Assembly: GCA_035193785.1 (NCBI GenBank)
Contig: CP136572.1
Span: forward strand, 4,596,578 to 4,660,577
Direction of reading: 5' to 3'
DNA length: 64,000 nt
DNA from: Planktothrix sp. GU0601_MAG3
GTDB lineage: Bacteria > Cyanobacteriota > Cyanobacteriia > Cyanobacteriales > Microcoleaceae
Part shown: in pieces, positions 46,756-59,798 of the stretch
How positions within the stretch are numbered: position 1 is the first letter of the stretch
Layout: each line of letters starts with the position of its first letter
Program-made: the position numbers and the translations under genes
Notes under the pieces: model-generated
Told to the model about the DNA's origin: nothing
Database searches by the model: none
Seen by the model: the letters and a program-made list of their open reading frames with translations, nothing else

Positions 46756-47539
46756 ATGTTAGTTTTTATCATTCCTTTAAAAAGTTCTAAACTCTCTAGT
46801 TCTTGGGAAACGAGTGTGTCAATTATTAGAACGGACTCTCAATTCTGTATGTAATCAAACTTCATCTAATTTTGAAGTGATTATTGTTTGTAATGAAAAA
46901 CCGGAATTATCTTTTTCCCATCCTCAAGTTCGCTGTTCGAGTGTTGATTTACCGCTACCCGGTGACGATTATCTCAGTAAAGAAAAAGATAAAATGTGTA
47001 AAATGCTGCTGGGTATGATCGAAGCGGACAGCATGAATCCCTCCCATATTATGTTTGTGGATGCCGATGACTGTGTAAGTAACCGTTTAGTAGAATTTGT
47101 GGATAAAAATATTGATCAAAATGGTTGGTTTATTGGTAAAGGTTATGAATACCGAGAAGATATTCGCCAACTCAAATATAGAAAGAAAGATTTGCATTTA
47201 AGAACGAATACCAGCCATATTATTAGAATGGATTTACTCAAACCGGATTTGACAATTCCCTTAGAAGAAGTTAGACGGGATAATTTTATTTTGTACCATC
47301 GAGATACGGCGGATATCTTAAAACGTCGTGGAACTCCCCTGGCAGAATTACCCTTTCCCGGGATGGTTTATATTACCGATAATGGGGAAAATATGTGGTG
47401 GAGTCAAGCCCAAATTTCCGAATCTCAAAAAGGGTTTGACTTCAAGAATCAGGTACAATCCTATCTAAAAAAAGCGTATCAACAATTGATTACCCGTCCT
47501 TTAACCCCAGAGATTCAAAAGGAGTTTTACCTGTATTAA
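46756..47539 (+). CDS. GT-A (GT2-like) glycosyltransferase, paralog 2; frameshift near 46808
   Basis: MLVFIIPLKS, VIIVCNEKP, VDADDC, LPFPG. Confidence 0.75.
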
Positions 47540-47569
47540 GTTCATCAAAATTATTCAAGCTGAGAGACT

Positions 47570-48181
47570 ATGTTAGAAGTTTATCAAGCCGATATTGATC
47601 GATATGTGATCACTCAAGGCGGATCTTGGATCTATCTTGTATTGACGAAACAAGGATTATGGGCTTTAGCGGAATATCGCTTTAGTCATTGGGTGAGAAC
47701 GAAAGTTCAGATACCTATTATTAAACAAATTCTCAAAACCTTGGGGTTTATTTGGCACAAAATTATTGAGATGATCGCCGGGATTGATATTCCGTCTAAA
47801 ACCCAAATTGGTCAAGGGTTTTATATTGGTCATTTTGGCGGAATTATTATTAATCAGGATGTGAAAATTGGGGAAAATTGTAATATTAGTCAGGGGGTAA
47901 CCATTGGAGTTGGAGGTCGGGGAGAAAAATCCGGTTGTCCTGTGATTGGCGATCGCGTTTTTATTGGGCCTGGAGCTAAAATTTTTGGCAAAATTAAGAT
48001 AGGAAATGATGTGGCAATTGGGGCTAACGCCGTCGTCACTAAAGATTTACCCGATAACGCCGTAGCTGTGGGAATTCCCGCTAGAGTTGTTAACTATCAA
48101 GGCTCAAAAGATTTTATCCTCTACAGAGATTCTATTAGGGGTATTGAGACTCCAGGGGTTGAAGAAGGTCTGTTGCGGTAG
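47570..48181 (+). CDS. Serine O-acetyltransferase-like hexapeptide acetyltransferase (probably acting on polysaccharide)
   Basis: IGQGFYIGHFGGIII, ISQGVTIG, IGANAVV, VGIPA; lies at the end of the EPS cluster. Confidence 0.8.
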   Translation: MLEVYQADIDRYVITQGGSWIYLVLTKQGLWALAEYRFSHWVRTKVQIPIIKQILKTLGFIWHKIIEMIAGIDIPSKTQIGQGFYIGHFGGIIINQDVKIGENCNISQGVTIGVGGRGEKSGCPVIGDRVFIGPGAKIFGKIKIGNDVAIGANAVVTKDLPDNAVAVGIPARVVNYQGSKDFILYRDSIRGIETPGVEEGLLR

Positions 48182-48266
48182 GGCCCTAAAACTCCTATCA
48201 CAAACTATCTGGGTTGAAGTTAAAATCGAGGGTATCTTCAGACCTGAGAGTATCAAGTTGTGATTT

Positions 48267-48846
48267 TTATTCTCCAATGGCCGGAAGTTGGGGTAGGGGT
48301 AGGGATTCGGGAAGTTGGGGAATAGTGGAGGAATTGCCCTGATAATCCGGGTTTAGGGTGGTGAAAATTGAGGTTGCTGACTGGGATTGATTTTGGGCTT
48401 TGGTGAGTAAATCGACCGTATCCCCTAAAGCCATGGTTAAACTATTGCGAGTTTCCAGATGGGCGACTTTTTCGGCTTCGAGGGCTTCAACCAGTTGATG
48501 AATGTGTTCCCGGGAGCGATCGCGTTCCAACATCACCTCAATTAATTTTGCCTTAACTTCATCCAAAGTTTTTAACGGGTCAATCTCTTGACGAACGGCG
48601 ACCCGTACCTGTAACTCATTGGGTAGGGGAGACAGGCGTTGCCATCGTTTCCAACTCCCCCCGCAGTTCTCCCACTTGTTCCAAATACCGCCTGGCTTCT
48701 TGGCGTCGTTGTTGGGCTTCGGTATTGTAGCGTTGTCGCCATTGGTCGGAACTTTCGATCGCCGCGTTCAGATCCCGTTGGGTTTGTGCCAACTGTTGTT
48801 TTAAGCGTTTAATTTCATCAAGCCACTGTCGAACATCCTGGGTCAT
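48267..48846 (-). CDS. Conserved cyanobacterial coiled-coil hypothetical protein; frameshift near 48649
   Basis: MTQDVRQWLDEIKRLKQQL...; EKVAHLETRNSLTMALGDTVD. Confidence 0.65.
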
Positions 48847-48916
48847 AGAACTGGGAAAAATAAAAAATCGGGCAATTATTAATTCTAGTATTTTATCTAA
48901 ATATTGGTAAGATCTG

Positions 48917-51900
48917 TTAGATCTGATGGAAATACTGTTCAATATGAACTTTTAGGATTTCTAAATTGTCTTGAATTTTTGCGACCTGTTCTGAACAGAG
49001 TGCAATATTTTCCTGTTGGATTGCATTTTCGAGTTGATCAGCTAATTGAGAAATAATCGTCGCCCCCACATTGGCACTAGAACCCTTGAAACGATGGGCA
49101 TATTGTTGTAGGACTGTGAAATTTTGGGCTGTGATCGCAGCTTGAATTTCAACAAAATCCTGTTCACTTCGTTCCATATAAACCTTTAAGAGCTTTTGTT
49201 GAAACTCTTTTTTTCCTCCCGAAATTTTTTGTAGTCGTCCGATATTTAAGGGGGAATTATTAGGGGATAACCCTGATATTTGGGGATGGGCTAATTCGGA
49301 AGTAACTGAAAGTTTGGTATTCTGATTTTTTTGATTAATAATATAAGTCCATTTCATTAAAACGGCTTCTAATTCTTCCGCTTCGACGGGTTTACTCAGA
49401 TAATCGTCCATGCCAACGGCGAGACATTTTTCTCGATCAGTCGCTAAGGCGTGGGCTGTGAGGGCGATAATAATAATATGGTAATCGGTTTGTTTTTGTC
49501 TGATTTGTTGAGTTGTGGCATAGCCGTCTAATTGTGGCATCTGACAATCCATAAACACGATATCATATTTTTTTCGATTCAAAATTTCTAAGGCTTCCAG
49601 GCCATTATTCGCTAGATCGGCTTCATATCCTAAAAGGCTGAGTTGATTTAAAATCACCTCTTGATTAATCAGATGATCTTCCGCTAAAAGAATTTTTAAT
49701 TGTGAATGAGATGGGGTTAAAATATTTTGATTATTGGAGATTTTAGTTAGAGATTGTTGTTGAATATTGGAGGCGACCTGGATAGCCATAGCCTTTAAGA
49801 TTGCATCAAATAAACGAGAAGATCTAACGGGTTTAATTAAATAACTGGCTATTCCCTGATCTAACATTTTTTCAACCAGATCCCGTTGATTTGTCCGGGT
49901 CATTAGGACTAACTTTGTTTGGGATAAATAGCGATCGGAGTTGATAATATCAGCTATATTAGCTGAGTTAATATTTAATAAAAGTTGATCAAAAATTGCG
50001 ATCTGGTAGGCTTCTCCTCGGTTTGCAGCTTGGCGCAATAAAGTTAAGGCTGATTCTGCATTTATGGCTTCATCTAACTGTATTCCCCAGGATTGAGTTA
50101 AATAACGAATCGATTGAAGAATGCTAAAATTACTATCAGCCACTAATAGCTTTAAATTTCTTAAACTGGCAGGGACTACTCGATTTTGTTTGGCTTCTCC
50201 CAGTAAAAATTGAGCCGTAAACCAAAATATTGATCCTTGACCTGCCCTACTTTCAACCCCAATATCACCGCTCATTAAATGAACTAATTGTTTGGAAATC
50301 ACTAACCCTAATCCCGTGCCACCATATTGACGGGTTGTAGAAGCATCAAGTTGGGAAAAACACTGGAAAAGTTTATCCTTGTTTTCTGAAGAAATCCCAA
50401 TCCCCGTATCAGAAACTTCAAATCTTAATTGGGTTGTATAGGAGGTACTAGAAAGTTGATTCACCCGGACTACCACTTCGCCAGTGGAGGTAAATTTAAT
50501 CCCATTTCCTAATAGGTTTAATAGAATTTGACGTAAACGACCCGGATCTCCGCGTAACTGACGGGGTACATTAGGATCAACAATAATAGCCAGTTCTAAT
50601 CCTTTTTCCTCCGCCTGAGTTGCCACCAAATCGACAACGGTTTCCAAACAATGTTCTAAATCAAAATCTAAGGTTTCTAGTTTAACCTCTATGGCTTCTA
50701 ACTTAGAGAAATCGAGAATATCATTAATAATAGCTAATAAATGTTCGGCACTCATGCGAATCCCGCGCACAAAGTCCTGTTGTTTAGGGGTTAATTCGGT
50801 TTTTAATAATAATCCTGCCATCCCTAAAACTCCATTCATAGGAGTGCGGATTTCATGGCTCATATTCGCTAAAAATTGGGACTTAATTCGGGCATTTTCT
50901 AAGGCGGCTTCCCGAGCTTCTACTAATTCATCAATTCTATCCGCAGCAATCACCACACCTCCAATTTGTTGATTGGGTTCATACCAAGGATGAATCGCCC
51001 AGCGAATAATACTTTTTTTGCCATTAGTGTCATAAAACACATCTTCAGAATTAGAAATAATTTTCCCCTTTAATCCTTGTGTAAAGGCTTTTCTCCAACT
51101 GTAGGGCATTTGAGGAAAGACTTTTGTATCAGATTGCTGAAGGGAAAGCAGTTGTTGTTTTAATCGGACTAAACCAAAATCGGATAACCATTTATCACTA
51201 TAGGCGATATAACACATTTCTCGATTAAACATAGCCATAGCCACGGGCGCATGGGTAATAATTTGTCTGAGTTGTTGACTTTCTCTTTCAATCGCATCTT
51301 CTACTTGTTTGCGTTTCTGTAATATTTCGACCTGTGCCATAAATTGATCCTGTATTGGCAATTCTAACGCAATTCCAAGCAATCCATTTATAGGAATTAT
51401 CTTGACAACGCAGTTGGGTTTCAAAGGAAAAAATTAGGGCTTCTTGGGTATTTTCTTCACTGATAGATTGTTCAACGGAACTTAAATTATCAGGATGCAC
51501 AAGGGAGGTAAAGGAGGTTTTTTGCAGTTGTTTGGGAGTAAAGCCCAGAATTTTTTCGACGGAGGGGCTGACTCGTTTAAATCGGAGATCTCGATCTACA
51601 ATAATTAGCATATCAACGGATAATTCAAAAAAGCGATCGCGTTCTAATTCCAATTGTTTCCGCGCGGTAATATCTTCAATTACAGCAATTCCATAGCGTT
51701 TTTCTTCCCTGGGACAATAGGGAAATTCATCTAAGCATGATCCTAAAGAAACCGTCAAATTAATCCAAACAATTGATCCATTTTTATGAATATAGCGTTT
51801 CTCAATAGAATAGCTGGGAATTTCTTGATTAATTAATTTTTTAAATAAAAATAAATCTTTGTTTAGATCATCGGGATGGGTGAAATCCGACAACTTATAT

Positions 51901-52727
51901 CTTAATAGTTGTTCACGGGAATAACCGACAATCTCACAAAATTTTTGATTGACTTTTAACCATTGTTTGGAGAGGGAAACATGACCAATTCCAACAGCAG
52001 CTTGTTCAAAGGTATCTCTAAATAGACGTTCTTGAGCATGGGTTTGGGCAATTTGTAAAGCCAAATTTTGATCTAATTTTTTCATAAAATACAGAGCTAA
52101 AATTGATCCTAAAATCCCCATCCCTGTCACCGCAAACATTGACAACCACGTCAATTTAATTTGATCATTTTGAATTTTTCGGCGTTGTTCAATCAGTTGT
52201 TCTTCCCCTTGAATAAATCGACTAATTTCTTGACGGGTTATCTCCGTTTGTATCCCATTTTGTAGTACAGTTTGTTGTGAATTGTTCAACTGTTTGGGGG
52301 ATTCAACTGCATTGAAGTAATTTTTTAAGAGTTTTTCGGATTGATCAATCGTCTTTTCAATAGTTTTTATTTTTTGAAATTTATCAGGATTATCTATTAC
52401 TAATTTTCTCAGTTCATCTAGGGAAATATATAAATTTTTAGTGGTGGTTTTGTAGATGTCTAAATATTTTTTTTGCCCGGTTAACGCATAATCTTTCACC
52501 GCAATTTCCGCGACCAAAACCCCGGTCAGTAATTCTTGAGCTTGGTTGCGAATTAGATAGGTATGGCGGACTTGGTTTCTAGCTTCTTCGGCTTGGTATT
52601 GAAAAGTCACCGTGATCGCCAGACCAATGATTAAACTAGATATGGGAATCCCAGTAATCAAACTGGCGCGATGACGTTGAATAAACCTTAGCCACCCGGG
52701 TAAGGAATTTGTGAAATCCGTGTTCAT
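48917..52727 (-). CDS. Hybrid kinase CHASE3-PAS x3-HisKA-HATPase-REC-REC-Hpt, ~1270 aa; frameshift near 51315
   Basis: VRHTY...DYALTG (CHASE3), THPDD and VHPDN PAS, MSHEIRTPMN, MDCQMP, AHRFKGSSANVGA (Hpt). Confidence 0.88.
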
Positions 52728-53220
52728 ATCTCCACCTTAAAGCAACCCGTGAACCCAAGATACCAATATCTGAAGGTTTTAAATCAATCCTCCCCCAATA
52801 ACCCCTACAAAAACACCGATCTGAAGCGAGATCGGTGCATTGGGGGTGTTATGGATGTTATCTATCCTAAACCATAACAGATCAGGACTCGGCTTTGAGT
52901 ACACCCTTGTGCTAGTTATCAAATTGTCACAAGAATAAAACTCCCTAACATTTCGATTGCTCCTTTTAATATGTAATAACTGTTCTAAGCAATAATTAAA
53001 AAAAACGCCGTATCTTGCCATAATAATAGATGAAATCCGATTGGTATTGGCAGCATTTAATGAGAACATAAATTCATCTAGGGGTGAACTCTTGAATGGG
53101 TTGTCAAGCTGAATTAAAGTAGTATAATTATAGTATATTTTGAAAAAATCGATCCACAATAGTCCAAGTTCTGCTTTTGAGGCGATTGGGTTATATATTG
53201 TTTAATTCTGATTGAATCCT

Positions 53221-54435
53221 ATGAATATTGTGATCATCTCCTCCACGTTCCCCTATCCACCCAGTCGAGGCGGAACGGAGATTAGAACCTTTAACTTGCT
53301 CAAGTATCTTAATTCTCGCCATCATGTTACTCTAATAACCCAAAGACATTCGGGGGTTAGTGATCAGGAGGTGGAAGAATTGGGTCAATGGGTGAGTCAA
53401 CTGGTGATTTTTCCCCTGCCTCCCGAGCCGGGAAGTTCCGCCGTTGGTAAGGTGGGTCGGTTTATTAACTCCCTCGTCCAAAGTACCCCGCCCAATGTGC
53501 TCCATCGATATTCCCAAGAAATGCAAACTTGGATTGATCAAGCCGTTGAACAGGGCAAAGTTGATGTCATTACTTGCGAACATAGTGTTAATGAAATTTA
53601 TATTCGACCGTCCTATTTAAAGCAGGTGCATACCGTTGTTAATATTCATAGTTCCGTGGTGGGTTGGACTCGTAATCATTTAGAAATGGGGGCTTCTCCC
53701 AATCCCAGACGCGATCGAATTTATTTACAATTACTCTTAGAACGCTATGAAAAACGTTATGCCGCCAAATTTCATGATTTAGTTGTCACTACCGAAGATG
53801 ATGAAAAACAGTTTCGCCAATTTCAACCCCAGGGAGAAATTCATGTAGTTGCTAATGGGGTGGATTTAGAATTATTTCCCATGCGATCTTTTGATCCCAA
53901 TAATCATAACTTAGTATTTGTGGGGGCAATGGACGCCTCCCATAATATCGACGCCGCCCGATTTTTCACCCTAGAGGTCTTACCCATCCTGCAAAATGCC
54001 TATGCCGATACCACCTTTACCATCATCGGAGCGCGACCGGTTCCCGAGGTTCTACAATTAGCAAAGCATCCGGGTGTGATCGTCACGGGAGGAGTTCCCC
54101 GGGTCGTCGATTATTTACATCAGGGGACGGTCTGTGTCACCCCCCTGCGCAGTGGCTACGGGATTAAAAATAAAACCCTAGAAGCCATGGCCGCCGGAGT
54201 GCCGGTGGTGGCCAGCGATCGCGGTTTAGAAGGATTGGCCGTGGATGGGCCGAATAATCCCCACCGGGCTCTGCGGGCTAATACCGTGGCAGAATATGTA
54301 GAAACCATCGGCCGACTGTTTGAACATCCCCATCTAAGGGAACAATTGTCGCAAAATGGGAGATTATTAATTGAAACTGAATATACTTGGGAACGAGCCG
54401 GTGAGCTTTATGAACAAGTTCTGCTGCGCCGTTAG
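53221..54435 (+). CDS. GT4 glycosyltransferase
   Basis: FPYPPSRGG, ANGVD, PLRSGYGIKNKTLEAMAAG. Confidence 0.88.
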   Translation: MNIVIISSTFPYPPSRGGTEIRTFNLLKYLNSRHHVTLITQRHSGVSDQEVEELGQWVSQLVIFPLPPEPGSSAVGKVGRFINSLVQSTPPNVLHRYSQEMQTWIDQAVEQGKVDVITCEHSVNEIYIRPSYLKQVHTVVNIHSSVVGWTRNHLEMGASPNPRRDRIYLQLLLERYEKRYAAKFHDLVVTTEDDEKQFRQFQPQGEIHVVANGVDLELFPMRSFDPNNHNLVFVGAMDASHNIDAARFFTLEVLPILQNAYADTTFTIIGARPVPEVLQLAKHPGVIVTGGVPRVVDYLHQGTVCVTPLRSGYGIKNKTLEAMAAGVPVVASDRGLEGLAVDGPNNPHRALRANTVAEYVETIGRLFEHPHLREQLSQNGRLLIETEYTWERAGELYEQVLLRR

Positions 54436-54460
54436 CCCAATCCCATCCTAATCTGAATCC

Positions 54461-56121
54461 ATGATGAATCCTTTAGAGACAGGTCATCAACCCTCTCCTG
54501 CCAAAAAGAGTCAACCCCGAAAACCTCAGCCCCAAACGGCTAAAACCCCAGCCAAATCAGGGCAACAGCGTCGTCAAACTCGACGTTCCCAAACGGCTGT
54601 TTTACCTGGGGGCAAAAAAACGGCCCCCCAACCGCCGAAATCTAAACCGTCCCGGCCCATTAGCCAATTTTGGAAAAAATGGATCGCCGACGGGGTTGCC
54701 TTTACCTTACTATTCGGAGGAAACCACCTTAATTGGCGGCTGTGCCTGGTTTAGTTATCAATTAATTGTGAATCCCGATATTGGGGTTTGGTTAAATCAA
54801 TTGTTACCCAGTTGGACACAAATTCCCCTACAACGTCGAGACTCAATTGTTACCTTAGATGAAATTCATCAGGCTCTCAAAACCGAAGGATTCATGGTGG
54901 GAAAATCCCTAACTTTGCCAACGGTCGATGCCATTTCAAAAACGGCAAATGAGCAAAAATCCGCAGTCCCATTTAACTCTTTATTAGTCAATTCTAATGC
55001 CGCGGTTCAACAGTCCAATGATTTATTAATTCCTATTTTAAAAACCCGTGACTCTAGTATTGCCCATCCCTGCGAAGGGACTTGTCAAGAAATTGTACAG
55101 GTGCGGGTTTATGAAGCCGTTCAAACCCCCTATCAACGCCAGGGTAGCACACAATATTATCGGTTAATGCAGCAACTCAATACCCAGGGCCCGGCCGAAT
55201 CTTTTGTGATTGCTTCCCTAATTGGAACCGAATCTAATCAACAGGGTTCTAATAAGCCCTTACCCTTAACTCGACTCACACAATTTAAAGGAAAAGTTCC
55301 TCAAGGGGGGGTCTGGTTTAATCTGAATAGTGAGCGAGTCATGGGGGATAAAACCGTCCCCTATGGACAGATTCTTCATTATAATCCGAGTCGCCATTAT
55401 TTAAGTATGATGTTGGAATGGAAAAGTGCCGCCGGACAACAACCCATCTGGCAGGAAGTGACCGGAGGCAAAGATCCAGAATTATTAATTGAACAAACAA
55501 TTGGTTTAGAAACCTCAATTTAGTATTTATCAAGTCCAACCTTTGCAATTTATTCCTAACCCGATTCAATTAACCGCTATTTCCTTAGATGAAACCTTTT
55601 TAGATAATTATAATTATCGACAGGCTTTAAGATTAGCTCGGAGTGGGTTATGGTCGCCAGCATTGAATTTAATTAAACCATTGAAAAAAAATATAGTCTC
55701 GGGAAATAGTTCTAATTTGAAATGGTCAACGGCGGCTCAAGCCCAGTTAGATTTAATTGAATTTCATGCTAAAATTACTAAGGCTCAAGCTGTTGCAGCC
55801 TGGGCAAGTCCGAGTCAACAGGTCTTAGCCAGTTTAATTGATGGACGCTGGAATGAAGCCTTAGAATTCTTAAAAAATAGTCCGGGAAATCAACAGGAAA
55901 TTGCCAATTTATTAAGATCAAATAGCGGACGGATCAAAAATCGTCTAAACGCAGCTTTATTAGAAAATCCCGAACAATTGGAATTAAAAACCTGGGGAAC
56001 TTTAATGATTGCGGCGGAAGATGGCAGAAGTCGAGCGATTAATTGGTTAGATGGACAACCCAAAACGGAGCAGAAAGACCGCCAAGAAATCCTAGAGTTA
56101 TTATTAAAATCTATAGAATAA
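54461..56121 (+). CDS. Conserved cyanobacterial membrane-anchored hypothetical protein; frameshifts near 54721 and 55510
   Basis: Basic low-complexity N-terminus, one TM, LARSGLWSPAL, WASPSQQVLA; three ORF pieces join at GAAAC sites. Confidence 0.65.
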
Positions 56122-56175
56122 ATTATCTCCCCTCTGGTCGTGTTTTTTAACTTACTTTATAACCTATCTAAATTT

Positions 56176-56994
56176 ATGGGAGAGCCAATTTTATCCCCGT
56201 CTCAAGTCGGTTTTTGGGAAACCCAACGAAAGAAAATAGCGTTTTATTTAGAAGATATTAATACCCCCATCGGGAAAATAGTTAATTTAAGTTTAACTGG
56301 ATTAATTTTAATCTCATTAACCAGTTTTATCGCCCAAACCTATCCTCTTTCTGATTTAGTTCGTTCTCGGTTAGAATTACTGGATTTTGTGATTTTAATT
56401 TGTTTTACAATTGAGTATTTAATTCGATTTTGGGTGGCTGATAATAAAAAAGAATTTATATTAAATCCTCTATCAATTATTGATTTATTTATTGTTTTAC
56501 AAGGTTATTTAAGATTTTTAAATATTAGTTATTTGAGGATTTTTCGTTGGTTTAGAATCCTAAGATTAATTAGATTTATTGATGTTAAAATCTCAATTTT
56601 CAGGATTAAAAGCGAAGATGGAGTCATTTTAGCTCGAATTATTTTTACCATATTAACCATTATTTTTATCTTTTCTGGCCTAATTTATCAAGTCGAACAT
56701 CCCGTTAACCCAGAGGTTTTTAAAACCTTCTTAGATGCGGTTTATTTTTCCGTGGTCACCATGACCACCGTAGGGTTTGGGGATGTCACCCCGATATCAG
56801 ATACAGGAAGATTTTTAACCATTTTAATGATATTAACTGGAATTGCTTTAATTCCTTGGCAATTAGGGGATTTAATCAAACAATTACTCAAAACAGCCAA
56901 TCAAATAGAAACGATTTGTTCTGGGTGTGGGTGGTCAGTCCATGACCAAGATGCCCGATTTTGTAAACGCTGTGGAACCCAATTAAACCCCTAA
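56176..56994 (+). CDS. Voltage-gated-type potassium channel with C-terminal zinc ribbon
   Basis: S4-like LRIFRWFRILRLIR, pore TMTTVGFGD, CSGC...CKRC. Confidence 0.88.
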   Translation: MGEPILSPSQVGFWETQRKKIAFYLEDINTPIGKIVNLSLTGLILISLTSFIAQTYPLSDLVRSRLELLDFVILICFTIEYLIRFWVADNKKEFILNPLSIIDLFIVLQGYLRFLNISYLRIFRWFRILRLIRFIDVKISIFRIKSEDGVILARIIFTILTIIFIFSGLIYQVEHPVNPEVFKTFLDAVYFSVVTMTTVGFGDVTPISDTGRFLTILMILTGIALIPWQLGDLIKQLLKTANQIETICSGCGWSVHDQDARFCKRCGTQLNP

Positions 56995-57036
56995 TTAATG
57001 TAGCTCGTTGTTGCGCTTCAGCGCATCTTTCAAAAC

Positions 57037-59398
57037 CTAAATCCCAACAACAGATTGATAACCAAACCTTAATATTTTCCCTCGACCATCATCTTGAAAA
57101 CGCTGTTCTCCCACTCCCACCACATCAATAATAATCTCACGGTTAGGGGGATTCCATGCTCCCTGACGGGGTTTAATTTCAATAATTAATTCCTGATTTT
57201 CTGGATAAACTTGATATTCTGTCGTTGAATAAACTCCCTGAAGATACTCAAAAGAATCACCATCATCTTCATATAAAATACCCTCTCCCGTCCCAGGAAA
57301 CACCTTAAAAGTTAAACAATCAATCGGTTTTTCATCCACATATTGCATCACCGCTTGTAAAGGAATAATTGAACCTCCTTTTCCATAAAGGGGCATCCGT
57401 TCTAAAGGAGCCTCTGCTAAAATATATTGTGAGCCAGCATAGGGTTTTCCTGTCCACCAATCATACCAAATTCCTGCGGGTAAATACACCGCCCGGGATT
57501 CAATTCCTGGACGATAAATAGGAGCCGCTAAAATCGCCGAACCCAATAAAACTTGATCGGATAAAGTATAGGTTTTGCTATCATTAGGATAATCATAAAA
57601 TAGAGGACGAATAATTGGCGTCCCCGTTTGTGTCGCTTCCCAAAATAACGTATAAAGATAGGGTAAAAGACGATAGCGTAATTCTAAATACTCTCGACAA
57701 ATTTGTTCAACCCGTTCTCCAAATGCCCAGGGTTCGTGTTGGGAAGTAGATAAAGCCGAATGACCTCGCATCAACGGATATAATATTCCCAATTGCATCC
57801 AACGGGCGAATAATTCCGGTGTAGCATTACCCCCAAAACCCCCAATATCACAACCTACAAATGCTACCCCCGATAACCCCATATTACACAACATCGGGAG
57901 AGACATTTCTAAATGTTCCCAAATCGAATGGTTATCCCCCATCCACACCGATGACCAGCGTTGAATACCCGCATAACCTGACCGAGTTAAAACAAAAGAT
58001 CGCTGTTGCGGTCGCAATTTTAACAGCCCTTGGGCGCTGGATTTTGCCATCATTAACCCATATAAATTATGGGCTTCAGCGTGGGTGGTTTTTTCTTCTA
58101 TTGGCCCCTGTAAACTATCTAAAGGAAAGGTAATTTTATTCCCCTTATCTCCTAAAGGACGGTCATCAATGGCAGGTTTCATTCATATCATTCCAAATAC
58201 CTGCCACCCCCATATCTGTTAGGGTTTGATGGCATTCTCCCCACCATTTTTGGACTTGGGGATTTAAAAAATCAGGAAATACGGCTTTATCCGGCCAAAC
58301 ATAACCATGAAACAGTTCTCCATTGGGTTTTCTAATAAAATAATTCTGTTTTAATCCTTGATCAAAAATAGTATAATTAGCTTCGGGTTCATATTTAACT
58401 CCTGGGTCAATAATGGTCACGGTTTTAAAACCATTTTCTGATAAATGTTGAATTAAATTTTTAGGATTTGGGAACCGTTTTTCACTCCAGGTAAAGACTC
58501 GATATCCCTGCATATAATCAATATCTAAATGAATCACATCGCAGGGAAGTTTACGGTTTCTAAATTGTTTTGTTAGTTCTTTAACAACGGTTTCTGATTC
58601 ATAACTCCAACGACATTGATGATAACCTAAAGCCCAACGGGGAGGCAAGGGCATTCGTCCGGTCAGTTGGGTATAGGTATTAAGAATTTGCTCCGGTTGC
58701 GGGCCATAAATAATATAATAATCTAATTCTGGAGCCTGGGTTTCCATCTGCAAAACGCCAGGTTTTTGCATCCCAATATCAAAGCGACTCCAATGGGTAC
58801 TATTTAAAAAAATACCATAACTTAATTCCGGTCGTAGGGCGATAAAGACAGGAATAGCCTGATACATGGCATCAGTTAAAGCGTCATACTTGCGACAATT
58901 CTCCGTCCAATTGGTTTTAATTTCTCCGATTTTATCTAAAAATCCGGTACGTTCTCCAAAGCCATAAAAATGTTCTTCTGGTTCAATCTTTTTCTCAACT
59001 GCTGTTAACCCTGGTTGCCATCTAAACCCTAATTCTGCATCGATGGCAAAGGGTTGATTTTGTAGATCATAACATTGAATTCGGCAAGGGTGATGCTGAA
59101 CAGATATTCTGATTTTTTCAGTAATAATTTCTGTAGTTTGTTCGGTTTGGTAAGTTTGAAAGGCAGTGGGTTGCCATGCACTATCATCTAAATTAATTGC
59201 CCAAGATCGACGGGGAAGAAAATTACCAGCAGGAGCATAGCGAATTCTAATTAAATTATCAGCTAATATACTAATTTTAACATAAACATTTCCGCAGTTA
59301 AAGAGAAGATAGCGATCGCCTACTTCCACACTTTGCACCGCTTCAATTTGTGACCAATTGGGTTCTATGGCGTGTAATTGTCCGAAATATTGGGGCAT
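57037..59398 (-). CDS. GH31 alpha-glucosidase; frameshift near 58178
   Basis: LGYHQCRWSY, HLDIDYM, WNDMNEP after repair, WMGDN, GCDIGGF. Confidence 0.92.
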
Positions 59399-59449
59399 AT
59401 AAATAGAATTTTTATCTTGACTCTATATTATCATATCAAATCAAACTAT

Positions 59450-59500
59450 TTATCCTTGTAATAAAGATTGTCCCCCATCGATCCAAACTTCCGTTCCCAT
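59450..59500 (-). pseudogene. 3' remnant of a short-chain dehydrogenase (SDR) gene
   Basis: Encodes GTEVWIDGGQSLLQG*, a typical SDR C-terminus; no upstream body. Confidence 0.55.
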
Positions 59501-59642
59501 AAACGGAGTTTAAAAGAAAGGGTTTATTATTTTTTATGCTTCACCTATTCTTGAAAATAATGTGCTATAATTAACAGCAATGTTGTTTGTGTTTCTCCCG
59601 TCATCCTGATCCCATTTCCGAATTTTTTACGTTTTTCTTTCT

Positions 59643-59780
59643 ATGATCAGTTTATCTTCGGTTCCAGCCCCATTCATCAATTATACAAGTTCAAAATGGC
59701 AGACTGCAACCTGGGATGATTATTTAGCCTATCGAGATTATCCCCGGTTAGAACGAGTTAAGTTAAATTGCCAATATTAA
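59643..59780 (+). pseudogene. Truncated Uma2-family endonuclease 5' fragment
   Basis: WQTATWDDYLAYRDYPRLERVKL resembles cyanobacterial Uma2 N-termini; stops after 45 aa. Confidence 0.5.
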
Positions 59781-59798
59781 TATTAAGGAATAGGTATT

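Noticed and set aside
52779..53159. 126 aa ORF
   Set aside because: No recognisable motifs; AT-rich region between divergent genes, likely promoter DNA
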